64,000 bases of DNA from NCBI GenBank assembly GCA_030704615.1, contig CM060731.1, positions 51,708,001 to 51,772,000 on the forward strand. The letters run 5' to 3'. The translations under genes were made by a program, and so were the position numbers. The DNA is from Takakia lepidozioides. Its lineage: Eukaryota > Plantae > Bryophyta. The notes under the pieces were generated by a model. That model saw nothing but the letters and a program-made list of their open reading frames with translations, was not told where the DNA came from and did no database searches. This document shows, piece by piece, positions 12,626 through 24,700 of this stretch (within the stretch, counting starts at the first letter, position 1; the number at the start of each line of letters is the position of its first letter).

Positions 12626-14185
12626 TCAAATATGACATCTTTTGTTCCAGACAAACAATGCTGTAGGTGAATTCATCCAGATATGATCTAATTGAGAATT
12701 ATAGTCTGTCGTAGGTTTATTGAATGTAAGATGAAGATTAGAGTTTTTCATGAATGAGTGACTTAGTGAGTCAGATTCTCTATTGGGTTTGTGAAGATCG
12801 ATATTAAATCTCCGATAAAAATCATTGGACAATTGTTCGGTGCTTGATCATATACATTTTGCAAATGTTGTGAAGCGCAAGCAAATGAGGTTTATATATT
12901 GCAATGAAATGTATGGCTATGCGGGAATTCAGATTGAAAGACGCATCAATGAATTCTGCGCCATTGTGTGTTTGGATTTCGTAATTTTGAAACGAAGTGG
13001 TTTTATCATATAAAATGATTGTTCTGTATCCGTCATAACACACTAGTGTTGAGAAGTGATCGTTAGGTACATATAATGACCAATTTTGATTATTTGGATG
13101 CAAGCGGGTTTCATTTAAACATAATATATGTGATGTTCGTAGGTTGTAGTCGTCCATAATATGACAATAGTGATTGTGCACTGAACGAACATTTAACGAT
13201 TGAATGATTACATGTGTGTGATATAATAATTGCAAATTTCCATCCGGCAGTTGTTTGTAGTTTGTTTATTTCTTCACGTATGATATCATCCACATGAAAC
13301 TTTTTGTCTCGTAATGGAGCTATGAGATATAAATTTTCTCGTTTTTTCATGTGCGATAAAGTTGTGTATGTCAATCCGTGCATGTTCACGTTTGTTGAAT
13401 TAAATGCAAGACGATCCATGGTCAATCCATATGCTCTGCTCTATGTTCAGTATGTGCTGCTGCGAGCTGAATTAGGAAGAGTTATTACGTGGTCAGGATT
13501 ATCCGCGAATTGAATTTTTTTATTTTTGGCCACAATTGAAGTCCAAGGTTTGCATATATGGTCGTTGTTTCGATATACTTGAGAATAAGAAGCATGTGTT
13601 TCTTGTCATATTCGTTCATTAGACAAATATATCCAAACTAGCGGGTGTAGTGATGAAATTGTGTAATGTTTGAAAATCCCTTCAGCTCCATTTACTAAAC
13701 CATCTTGGATGTTATAGTTGCATCCACACAATTCTACTAACATGTCGGGTTTCAGGAATTTTTTGAGGGAAATGGAGGAGCGTATGAAAGAAAACTAGCT
13801 AAACAACAATCTAAGCACCCAAGAACCTTGCCCTGCAAGCAACTGGAAACGATGAATTTAATGAGGGGAATGCGCACAAGTGTATGTAAACCCGCTGCAG
13901 TTTTATCGGCATCAAGTTGAGGGGGTTTGATGTATGACACAATGGATGATGGACGTCTATTGTTTTGAATGAATTTTTTTTGTCATTCTATTCGATTACA
14001 AATGTTTTCATTGTGTGCTTGAGTATGTGCATTTGTGAAAAACAAATGAAGTAATGTTGGATCTGACGGCGGCCTATAACATCACATGTTCATGTTTTTA
14101 ATATCCTCAGCGGAATGTGATGTCGTTCGAAATCGGTTTAAGATGTCAATAAATGTTTAATCATTTAATCTCATGACTTGTGTTA
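12626..14185 (-). mobile_element. Helitron relic (Helentron/Helitron2-like): PIF1 helicase C-half followed by an AP-endonuclease domain
   Basis: PIF1 motifs QVMR....FIDILNRFR, NYNIQDGLVNGA.G and GLTMD.LAF....HGLTYTTLS. EEP-fold motifs SLNVRSV..H, HILCLNETRL, IAIYKP and TTDYNSQLDHIWMN. Many stops and frameshifts. Confidence 0.85.
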
Positions 14186-15541
14186 CCCCTTAAACGATGC
14201 GACTTTTTTCATTCACGACATAGGTTCCGTGGATGAAATCTCATGCTCAAAATTGATGTAAACCTCAGTTCCAGGGATCTATTGCGTGTGACTAGAGTAT
14301 CCACGAGTGGCTAAAATTGATGGAGTGAGTTAGAACTATTGTTGCTTCCAACAACAAAGCTTTAGATCTCTGTATTTTGAAACCAGACGAGGACATGCCT
14401 ATCCATTACTAGGTCAAATGTTTTATTAGGTTATTCTGCCAATTCACACAACATTTCAACCCGTTGTCAGTCAACTTAGGTCTTGTTGCCTCTCCACTAT
14501 GCAGTAAGCAAGGACACTTGTTAGGGTCCTCTTGCAATACCCCATGCGATTCAGGAGGAGGTGTGTTCTCTGTACCAGAGGGACATTTGCTTGGAATCAA
14601 TGTCGGTAATGAGAGACATGCTCATGCTAAGAGTTGAGCAATGAGGTTAAACTGGGTACTATTGTCGATCAACTACAATCTACAGCTCGGAACTTCATAT
14701 ATAGTACCGGTCAATATCATTATATATTGCGACACAATTCAATAACAGGGACTAGCAGATTTCAAAGATTTGGAGCGGTACATTCATTTGAAATCTTTGA
14801 TGCAGTTGCTTTTTGCTTCTTCCAAGATGTTTCAGGATTTGTCTGTGGAAGGTGGGCAAGCCATCTAAATTTGTTGTCAAAAGTAGAAAGGCCCAAAGGC
14901 ACACAGCTTTGCATCATGTGCAGCGTATTTGGATATCTGCAAATGTTCTGAGTGTGTGTTTCTGATGAAGGTAGGTAAATTGTAGCCCTAAATGCAACCT
15001 GTCCACTGCACTTTACAGACCCCCCAGCAAATAAATGCTCCGCCGTCACATAATTTTTGCCATGTTATTTCCATGTGTCTTTTATATGCACTTACCAAAG
15101 GAATTTTCATTCCTACACAAATTGATATCCCTCATTGCAGGTATGTCATGTTGGAAGAGAATGTGAATACCAAGAACAAGGTAGTAAAACGCAAGGGTCA
15201 GAAGGATGACACAAGAGCGGTTGATCACGGTAGTCATAAGCAATTTGTGGCGAAAACAAAGGGCTTTTTGGGAAGCCTGAAGCTGCAAATGTTGTGGGCT
15301 ACAATTCAAACTGTGGATATGAAGTTCAAGATACAGCAAGCGGCGACCATTATAGTGAAGTGGACAAACGTGGGAACAACATTGGCTCCGATGAATATCA
15401 TCTCTTGTTTACATACTGCCTCAACAATGGTGGTTATCGCCGCCTTGTCTAGCACCTTGTGCAAGAGCCAGTAGAATTGAAAACTGTCATCTATCAAACG
15501 CTTGTTGTGAAAAGAGCTCAAGATGCGGCTAAGAACATTAT

Positions 15542-16172
15542 TGTCAAGGACGAGAACATGACTGAATACAAACAAGAGATCAGACTAGAGGTACAAGACT
15601 AGACAAGAAGTCAAAGTCGGCGTGGCCGAATGCACGATGAGTAAATATGAATCAAGACGATCTTTATAACAATGAACAACAGTACAAGATATTGGAACAC
15701 GACTTGAATACTGGAATGTTTGAAACTGGACTAGAGTACCAGATACTGGAAACTGAGCTAGAGTACTGGGAACTGGAAACAAAAGTAGCTTGAACTAGTG
15801 TTGGCGAGACTGAAGAGTGTCCAGTCTCGCCTCTTATATATATTGGTTACTAAGAAGTTTCCTAAGAAGCTTCCCCTATGGAGGTTTCTTGATGAAGAAG
15901 TTTCCAAGAGTAAACAAAGGTTTTTTGATGGAGAAGCTTCCTTGAATAAATGAGGTACTTGATGGAGAAGTTTCCTCCAAATGAAGCTTCCTGAGCAGTT
16001 TCCCAAGTTAATCTTGGTAATTTGATAAACTCTCGGTAACTTGGTAAGTAATGATAAATCATGGTAGATTATGTTAAATCACGGTAAGTCAATAGTAACT
16101 TCCGATAATATGGTAACTTGGTAACTTCTGGTATTTATTTCTGTTAAGTTCTTTTGGGCTAGGTTCGTGACA
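15542..16172 (-). repeat. 3' LTR (631 bp) of the Tcn1-like element
   Basis: TGTCA...TGACA bounded by the TSD and PPT. It matches 19546-19832 in inverted orientation and 20112-20422 in direct orientation. Confidence 0.92.
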
Positions 16173-19100
16173 TCACCCCCTCTTTTAGCGTCGAGTTCCT
16201 CGAGGAGCGGTAAAATCTTGGACTTGCTTAGAGTTGGAGAAAATCCAAAATCCGACGAATGGTACTTGCCAAGTATTCGGCTTTTTTTTCTTGACTCAAA
16301 TGATTTATAGGTCCCTGCAACCATCGATAGTGTCCAACACCTTGAACTTGGGACCACACAATGATTTGAGCATTTTGATTTTCGAAGCTGCCTTCAAACA
16401 TGATTTCGTTGCCATCTAGGTCCGAAGCCTCAACCTCCAACAGAATTATCAGACTTTGAGTAGGCTCCACTTGCCGTCGTACGGGTCCAAACGAGGAAGT
16501 ACACGTCACATTGGTGGCCCATCGTCTCGAGAGCGTCGGCGTGATATTGAAGGTCGTGAGAGTCGGAACGGCTGATCTGGTAATTGGGTAAGCGACAACT
16601 TAAATGTATTTCGTTCCTGTGACTCCATGCTGCCAATACAAGATGCAGGAGTGCTGGAAGTGCTGGAAGTGCTGGAAGTTTAGCTATATATACTGATGTG
16701 TGGTGCTCCTCCATCCTTAGCGTGTATCAGGTACATTGAATGTGGATTCTTCACCTCGAAGCTAACTTGGCTGACATCATCGTTGTGACGTCTTATTGAC
16801 GTGTAGCTCGGGGCTTAGCTGGATATCGTTGATGAAACTCTTGGACTTTGTCAGATTCATTGGCGAGGTTGGATGAAGGTTCCCACGTTCGTTTGCTGAT
16901 GTCGTAACCCTTTCAATGTACGAAATACTCAAGACATTTATACTTGATGCGAGAATCTAGGACTTCGTCGACTTCATACTCAATTTCCTGATTGACTTCG
17001 ATTGGTGGAGGTGGTACGGAGACTCTCCCTGGAATATTCGATGGATGATACAACTCCAATAATGAAACATGAAAGACTAGATGGATGCGCATACTTCATG
17101 GGAGTTCAAGTCGAAAATTGACCGGATTTATTTGTCGAATAATTTTGAATGGTCCCAGGCGTTGATAATCCAACTTACTTGATGGTCGCAAGGTTTATAT
17201 GTCCCGTCGAAGAAGCTACACACGATCTCCGACCTTGAACTGGGGTTGGAGTTGACGACGTTGATCTGCATACCCCTTGTATTATTTTTTAGCTTCTGCG
17301 AGGTGGAATGTAAGCTCATTGTGAATCATAGCATGATGAGTAGCAATGTTTTCTACAACAGGGCTTCCAACAGTCTTCATGTGGAAAGGGTTTGTTCGAG
17401 GGTGATGACCATAATTGGAGAAGAATGGAGTTTGTTTGGTCGAAGAATGTATAGTGTTGTTGTAGGCAAACTCACCCAATGACAGAAGGTCTGTCCAATT
17501 ATCTTGGTGATAATTTATCGTACAACGAAGTTACTGCTCCAAAATCTAGTTTACACGTTCGGTTTGATCATCAGTCTGTGGATGATTAGCTGTAGAGAGG
17601 TTGATCTTAGTATCCAATATGTGAAATAATCCCCTCCAGAAATTTGTATAAACTGTGGTCCTCGATCAGATACGATGTCCTTCGGGAGTCCATGAATGCG
17701 GTAGATATTATTGAGGAAGAGTCTTGCAGTTTTCTCACCGGTAATCGTCTTATTACATGGAATGAAATATGTCATCTTCGTAAAATGATCTACAATAACA
17801 AGGATTGAATCGGTGATCTTGGAAATTGGAAGGTCCGTAATAAAGTCCATAGACACGGACGACCATTGACCCTTGGGAATGGGTAATGGTTGAAGAAGGC
17901 CGTAAGGTCGATGTCGTGGTCCCTTCGCTCTAGCACACGTATCGCAAGATTTTATAAATTCTTTCACGAGTTTCCACATCTGCAACCACCAATAGTCCCT
18001 GGATATTAATTACATTGTTTTGTTGAAGCCGAAATATCCTTGATATGTTTGAAGAATTCGAAGTCGTGTAGGTCCTGGAGATATATAGAGAAGTCCATTG
18101 AAATAAAGTAAGTCATCTTTGAATTCGAAGTCGTTTGTAACATGTGGGTTGTCTCGAGGTCGATTTAGTTGACTTCATAGTGTCGTAGCAAATTGGTCGT
18201 TCTTAAGTGCTTCCTGAATCTCCTTTATGATCTCTACATCGTTATAGGTGGACATGGATAACATATTCAATTGGAGATTTGCTGGTTTCAAGATGATGGA
18301 TTTCTGTTGGTCAAAAGCTGTATTCCCTTCTTTTGGCGCAAGATACGATCGTCGAGAAAGAGCATCTGGTTTTCCTTGAAGATGTCATGGATGGTAGGTA
18401 ATAACAAAATCAAACCTTGCTAGTGACATACTCCATCTCGCTTGACGTTGATTCAAAACACGAGCACTCATAAAATACTCGAGTTTTTTGTGATCGGTAT
18501 AGACTGTGACCTGATGTTTAACTCCCTACAATAGATGACGTCATTCCTCAAAAACATTCATAATCGCTAGAAGTTCTTTGTCATGGATTTCATAATTGAT
18601 CTCCGCAGCGGAAAATTTGCGAGAACGAAAACAACAGGATGAGACGACCATCTATACCGTATTGAGAGAGTACCGAGACAAGTGCAAAGTCCGATGCATC
18701 TGCTTCCAAAAAGAATGGTTTAGATGGGTCTGTATGTACTAATATTGGAGCCGTTGTAAATGTCTGCTTCAGCCTGTCAAATGCTTGGTCAGTCTTCTCG
18801 TCCCATACAAATTTGTCCTTCCATGTGAGTCGTATCAATGGTGCAACAATTTTGGAGTAGTCCTTGATGAAGATTCTATAGAAATTTGCAAATCCTAGAA
18901 AACATTGTACATCTCGGACCGAAGTGGGTTTAATCCTCTCGATGATGATTTGTATTTTCTTCTGATCCATAAAGACTCATTTGTCGGAAATAATGTAACC
19001 CAAAAATTCGACTTCAAATTGGTGGAAAAATATATTTTTCCAACTTGGCATATAGTCTTTTTTCCCTCAATTTATCAATGACAAGGCATACATGACGACC

Positions 19101-19545
19101 ATGTTCTTCTTCATTCTGTGAAAATAGCAAAATGTCATCCAAATATAGGACTGCAAAGTCATCTAAAAATTCTCGAAAGATATCATTCATCATGTGTTGA
19201 AAAAATGATGGAGTATTTGTAAGACCAAAAAGCATAACACTGTATTCGAAATGTCCGTACCTTGTGCGAAAAACAGTCTTCCATTCGCCTCCTTCTTTTA
19301 TTCGTTGTAAGCTCCTCTCAAGTCGATCTTTGTGAAAAAATTTGCTCGTTCAAGTTGTTCGAGGAGTCCGGAAATCAGCGGTGCAAACCAAGATAGGGCA
19401 GTGCCTGATAGAAGGGTGCCTACGAATCCCACTTGAATACTTTCATCAGGGTAGCGTTGTGGATGTAGTCGTAGGAACAATTGTACTTGTTGAACAAAAC
19501 CGCGAAATCTTGATCTCGTCCCATCAAATTGTTCGGGCATGCGGA

Positions 19546-20422
19546 CTCACCAACACTAGTTCAAGCTACTCTTGTTTCCAGTTCCCAGTACTCCAGTCCA
19601 GTTCCCAGTACTCTAGCCCAATTTCCAGTATCTGGTACTCCAGTCCAGTTTCCAGCATTCCAGTATTCAAGTCGTGTTCCAATATCTTGTACTCTTGTTC
19701 ATTGTTATAAAGATCGTCTTGATTCCTATTTACTCATCGTGCATTCGGCCATGCTGACTTTGACTTCTTATCTAGTCTTGTACCTCTAATCTGATCTCTT
19801 GTTTATGTTCAGTCATGTTCTCGTCCTTGACAGTTTGACAAGACTAAAGTTTGTTCCTTAGTTAGTTAAGATGGAAGGCACATTTGCGGAAATGGTCGCC
19901 ACATTGTAGAGTCTTTAGCTCCAGATGCAAGAACTTGGTGCCTCTACTGTCCAACTACAAGCTGATCAGTCTCAAGATCTTGGCAACGCTCTTAACAATT
20001 TGCAACAACAAATTTTAGAGTTGAAAGAGTCGAACAATGGATCTTCAACCTTACGATTCCCTACTACAGCAAATCCTACTGCAACGGTTCCTCCAAATCT
20101 TCAACAGATTACACTGAAGAGTGTACAGTCTCGCCTCCTATATATACTGGCTACTAAGAAGTTTCCTAAGAAGCTTCCCTTATGGAGGTTTTTTGATGGA
20201 GAAGTTTCATCCAAAGGAAGCTTCCTAAGCAGTTTCACAAGTTATTCTTGGTAATTTGGTAAACTCTCGGTAACTTGGTAAGTAATGATAAATCATGGTA
20301 AATCATGGTAAATCATGGTAAATCACGATAAGTCAATGGTAACTTCCAATAACATGGTAACTTGGTAACTTGGTTACTTGGTAACTTCTCCTGGTAAGTT
20401 CCTCTAGGCTACGTCCGTGACA
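19546..20422. repeat. 5' LTR of the Tcn1-like element, split by an inversion that also flips the gag N-terminus
   Basis: 19546-19832 is the reverse complement of 15542-15808. 20112-20422 is direct to 15809-16172. A gag-like start reads on + from 19871. Confidence 0.88.
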
Positions 20423-20997
20423 ATTATCCAAAAGTAACATGTGCAGCGGGTTTGGCAGCCTCTGGCTTAGCAGTCATGGCTACTGTGTCACACTGCCACC
20501 AAGTTCGTTTCGAAGTTGTTGGCCAAATGCAGTTGCAAGGAGTATTGCACTCGTTAGTCGTAAATAGAGACCTTCATTCTAGTAGTACCAGAATTGTAGT
20601 GGTACTAAAAAACTTCTGCCCTTGTGTGGGTTTGCTTATTTTTTGCTCCGCCTTTCACTTTGAGGCATCCGTGGGGATGCTTGTCCAATTTGGAATTTTG
20701 TAATATGATTTACAGGGTTTGTACTCCCCTGTACATACAAACTTTGTTTCTCCTTGTGGTTACTAGTATGTAGGACAACAGTGGCATCCATTATATTTTC
20801 CCAAAAATATAATGAATAATCTAAATCAATTAATAATCTTAATTTTATAATTTTTCAATTTGATTTATTAAATTAAAAACATTATTAAAAAAACCTCTAT
20901 GATTCAAAATGAGAATTTGTTTTACACTCAATTCGGTGTTTCAAATTGTTATGTTGAGTTATGTACATTTCACATTCTTCTACTTCTGTACATTTGA

Positions 20998-21390
20998 TTA
21001 CTGATTCAAAGTGTCCAACACACTTAGGTCGGTCTTTTTTTTAAAGTGATTACCACATTCAATCATAACTATGCAATTTTGTTTAGACCACGTGTAAATC
21101 AGAAGTTTCAAATAATGAGAAGCGTAACACACTATATTCAAATCAGCCCATATACCACCTTGTTTAGGACTGGTGGACATTATGTTTAAGTACTTTTCTT
21201 CTGAATGTACTCCATGTAACGCATGCATGAATTCATGACCATGTTCTCTAATTGAGTAATCAACCACACGAGGATCGTTTGAATTCAAAACTTCTTCTAA
21301 ATGTTGAACAACATGTTGTCGCAATATTAGTAAAGACATTCTAGCTTTATTTAGGTACATAATTGTGTCGAAAAACAATCGCCTAGAGCA
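20998..21390 (-). mobile_element. OTU-like cysteine protease domain, probably Helitron-associated and degenerate
   Basis: Frameshifted GDC-F-D catalytic motif, LRQHVVQHL and YLNIMS....GGIWAD. Same strand and similar AT-rich composition as the Helitron relic at 12626-14185. Confidence 0.6.
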
Positions 21391-21721
21391 AACTTGTAAT
21401 GTTGTACGCAGATCAAATTCAAAGAACTTAAAATAAAATTTATTTCGTTAACTACGGAAATCATATCATGTATGTATTATGTTTTAATAGTCTATGAACT
21501 TGTGTGAGACAAACAAAATTTTTGTTAAACATAAAACAATTGTAATCGTTCATAAGCTAATCATAAAGCTCTTGTTTTGTCATGTTATCAACCTTTCTTT
21601 TGCTGGTTCAATCCTGACAGATTTCAGGCAGTCAGATGTGCTCTTGCTTGAGTTGTTATTCACAGGAATTGTCGCGCACCTCACTTCGGTAAGCTCCCTT
21701 TCAAGTCATAGTTACTTGCTT

Positions 21722-24700
21722 TGATGCGCTCGCCTAACTCCCAAACTAGCCGCCGGGCCAACTCGGAGCTTTGGCTGCTCACCGGGACATAACGGTCCCC
21801 CTTTACTCCTCCACGAGACCCTCTCTCAATTTGCGCCAAGTGGAAATTCTCTTTGATCGATGGCAGTCCGGAACAACTCCCCACATCTTGGTCGCTTTCC
21901 GGCTCGCACGCTTACTCACTAGTTTTTGATCACCAACGGGTTTGCACCGTTCTTGGGGTTACTACTCCCTATATATACTTCTGCGACTGTCCGCGCGGGG
22001 GTTTCACAAACAACCATGTCATTTTATGGCGAACCACCACGAAAACCCTCGACTCCCGGTGATGAGTCGCGGTGAGTCTTGGCCCACCCAGCACGGTCCC
22101 ATTGGACCGTGATGAGTCCCAAGATTCCCCACGACTCCCACCACAAGGTCTCCGCCCCCATGGTGAGTCCTATGCCACCCCCACTAAGTCCCACTAAGCT
22201 ACCACCACCCCTCGTGGAACCACCTCCACCGCAACCCGGTGTGCGGGGCTCCACCTAGTGAGCGCCTCCGCCTCCTTGAGTGCCTTGGGCACTCAAGGGT
22301 GCTTCAGCCCCCGCATCTATTGTTGCCACTGCCCCCACCACAGGGGCAGCCCCTCTCGTGTCCCGACCCCCTGTCCTCAAGGCAAAGGGCCGCGACACAC
22401 ACCCCTACCAACAGGGAGTCGATGTCCTCATTGACTTGTCCATTTTGTAGAAACGAACATCCAAGTTGTAGCGTCCCACATTAAGGAGTTTGTTCCCGTA
22501 CCATGGCGTCCCATGGCAAAGAACCAAACCCCCACTTGACTTTACTCTCCACTAGTTAGTTCGGCCGACTTCCTCCAAGTCCCGGCCAAGGGTGGAGCCT
22601 CTCAAGCTCCTCCCAGTGCACTCTTCTTGGCCTACTTCAAGGCCAATGAACGATCCTCCCCGAGGATCGAATCGCCTTACTGCAACAACATTGCTTTGCG
22701 ACTGCTCATGATGCCGCTTTTGGCATCACCTTGAGCAAGGGGTCACCTTGAACCTATTTTTTGACTAGGAATATCACCTTGAACCAACCGTGTGCCCCAA
22801 TCACTACAATTGGGTCTGCCTTGGAATGCTGGCCTGAGGTACGGGAACACGCCGAAGCCGCACTACGACTTCATCCCGAGGCTACACGATTATAGTACGT
22901 GAACGGAAGCACGTAGCTTCCGCGTTAGCCCACACTACAAGACAACCCCCTCGGTAGCGCAGTTATAGTACACGCACGCGCCAGGTGCGCACTAGCACGT
23001 GAACTCCCAAAGAAGGCGCAAGTTTCCTTGCCCCTTGGATGGGAGTCACCCGATTTTGACACTGCGCAAACATACGATTAATCCAATTTACCTCTCCCAC
23101 TTTTGTAAGCTAGCATGCATCCTACACACTAGCCAACCATACCATGCATCACCATTTCAAACAAAATAGGACGCACAACATTTTGAAACCATTTCATTTA
23201 TAACAAAATTTGTACAACACAAGTTTTTGCAATCGGATTCCTGAGCTAGCTAAGCCGGACTACGCATGCATTTCCTCCCCTACGCTCCAAGGTTGATGTC
23301 CCCCATCAACGCTTCTTCCACTTTTGAGGTCGCCCTTCGAAAGCTGCAACCGCCTCGGATGCGTTTCCCATTTCTGAGGCACGCACCCAAGATGCCTCCA
23401 CATGATGATAGCCCTTCCACTGCCTCCACCTCGTACTCAGGTTCATTTTCATGATCCAACAGCACAGGTGGTGGACGCAACACTTGATGCCGATTCGGAC
23501 GCACTTCATCTTTGAAGTAAGGCTTCAAAATGGAGACGTGGAATACCGGATGCACTTTGTTGTTTGCCGGCAGCTCCAATTCATACACATCCTCATTCAT
23601 AACCTTCCGGATGCAAAAGGGTCCCGCACATGGAGGTACAAATTTCGGACTCACTTCCGGAGGTAGTAAGAAATTCTTGATGTTCAACCAGACCTCCGTG
23701 CCTGCCTCAAACTTCACTTCCCTCCGCTTCATATTCACCTGTCGTTCATACCGTTTCCTAGCTTTGGCAATGTTGTACTTTGCGAGCTTCAACACATTTC
23801 GCGTTCTTCCAGCACCGCTGCTGCTGCCGGTTCCTCCACGTCTTGGGCGGCCCAACTTGTCGGCACCAGAGGTGCTTTTCCATAGACCAATACGAAAGGG
23901 GAAACTCCCGTTGCGGAGTGTTTTGTGTTATGATAACAGAACTCTGCCGCATCCAAGTGCTCCACCCAGTCTGATTGGTCTGCCGATACATAATTCCGCA
24001 AGATTTGCTTCACCACGGAATTCACCCTTTCTGTTTGGCCGTCCGTCGTAGGTCGGAAGGCGATGCTCATCTTGAGCCTCGTCCCCATTTTCTTCCAAAG
24101 TGCCCTCCAAAATTTACTTATAAATTTTGGATCGCGGTCCGAGATAATATCCTTCAAGAGTCCATGATGCTTGAAGACGTGGGCGAAGTAAAGTCGCCCC
24201 ATCTCCTGCGCCGTTGTCGTCTCCTTGGTGGGATGAAATGGCTCATTTTACTCAACCTATCCACCACCACGATGATTGCATCGAATCATTTTGACAGCGG
24301 TATAACAGTTATGAAATCAATCGAGACACTTTCCCAAGACCCCTCTGGAATCGGCAAGGGTTGTAACAGTCCCACTTGCTTTTTGTACTCGCTCCGGTTT
24401 TGTTGGCATGTGGTGCATGTCTTGATATACTCCTCGGCCTTCTCCCTCAGTTTGGGCCACAAATTCTTCAAGAGTGTCGCGGTGCACTTCACTCCGCCGT
24501 GGCCCGCAAGCGAGCCATCATGACATTATCTCAGGAGACTATCTCTGATCCCTCCTTTCGGCACGTAGAGATGTTTTTGCTTGTACCGGAGCAGTCCATT
24601 TTGCAAGTGGAACTGCGATTTAACCCCAATCCTCAAGTCCCGCATCACGGACTTCGCCATCTCATCCTTTCGGTAAGCCTTCCGGATCTTCCTTTGGAGC

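Larger units (their letters stand above)
15542..20422 (-). mobile_element. Ty3/gypsy chromovirus (Tcn1-like) LTR retrotransposon, degenerate and rearranged
   Basis: TG..CA ends flanked by the 5-bp TSD ATTAT (15537-15541 and 20423-20427). PPT GAGGGGGTGA lies next to the 3' LTR. Domains: gag PEQFDGTRSRFRGF, RT YLDDILL, RNase H LEADASDFA, integrase CDTCAR/SMDFITDLP, and chromodomain EYEVDEVLDSR..YFVH*KGY...TWEP. Confidence 0.95.

Noticed and set aside
14200-15541. ORFs such as 14992-15474 as a gene or transposase
   Set aside because: No recognisable motif. Likely a decayed TE that continues at 20423-20700.
16180-16460. Second chromodomain in the Tcn1-like element
   Set aside because: The translation lacks the Y-V-W-GY/WEP pattern, so it is treated as an unknown extra ORF instead.
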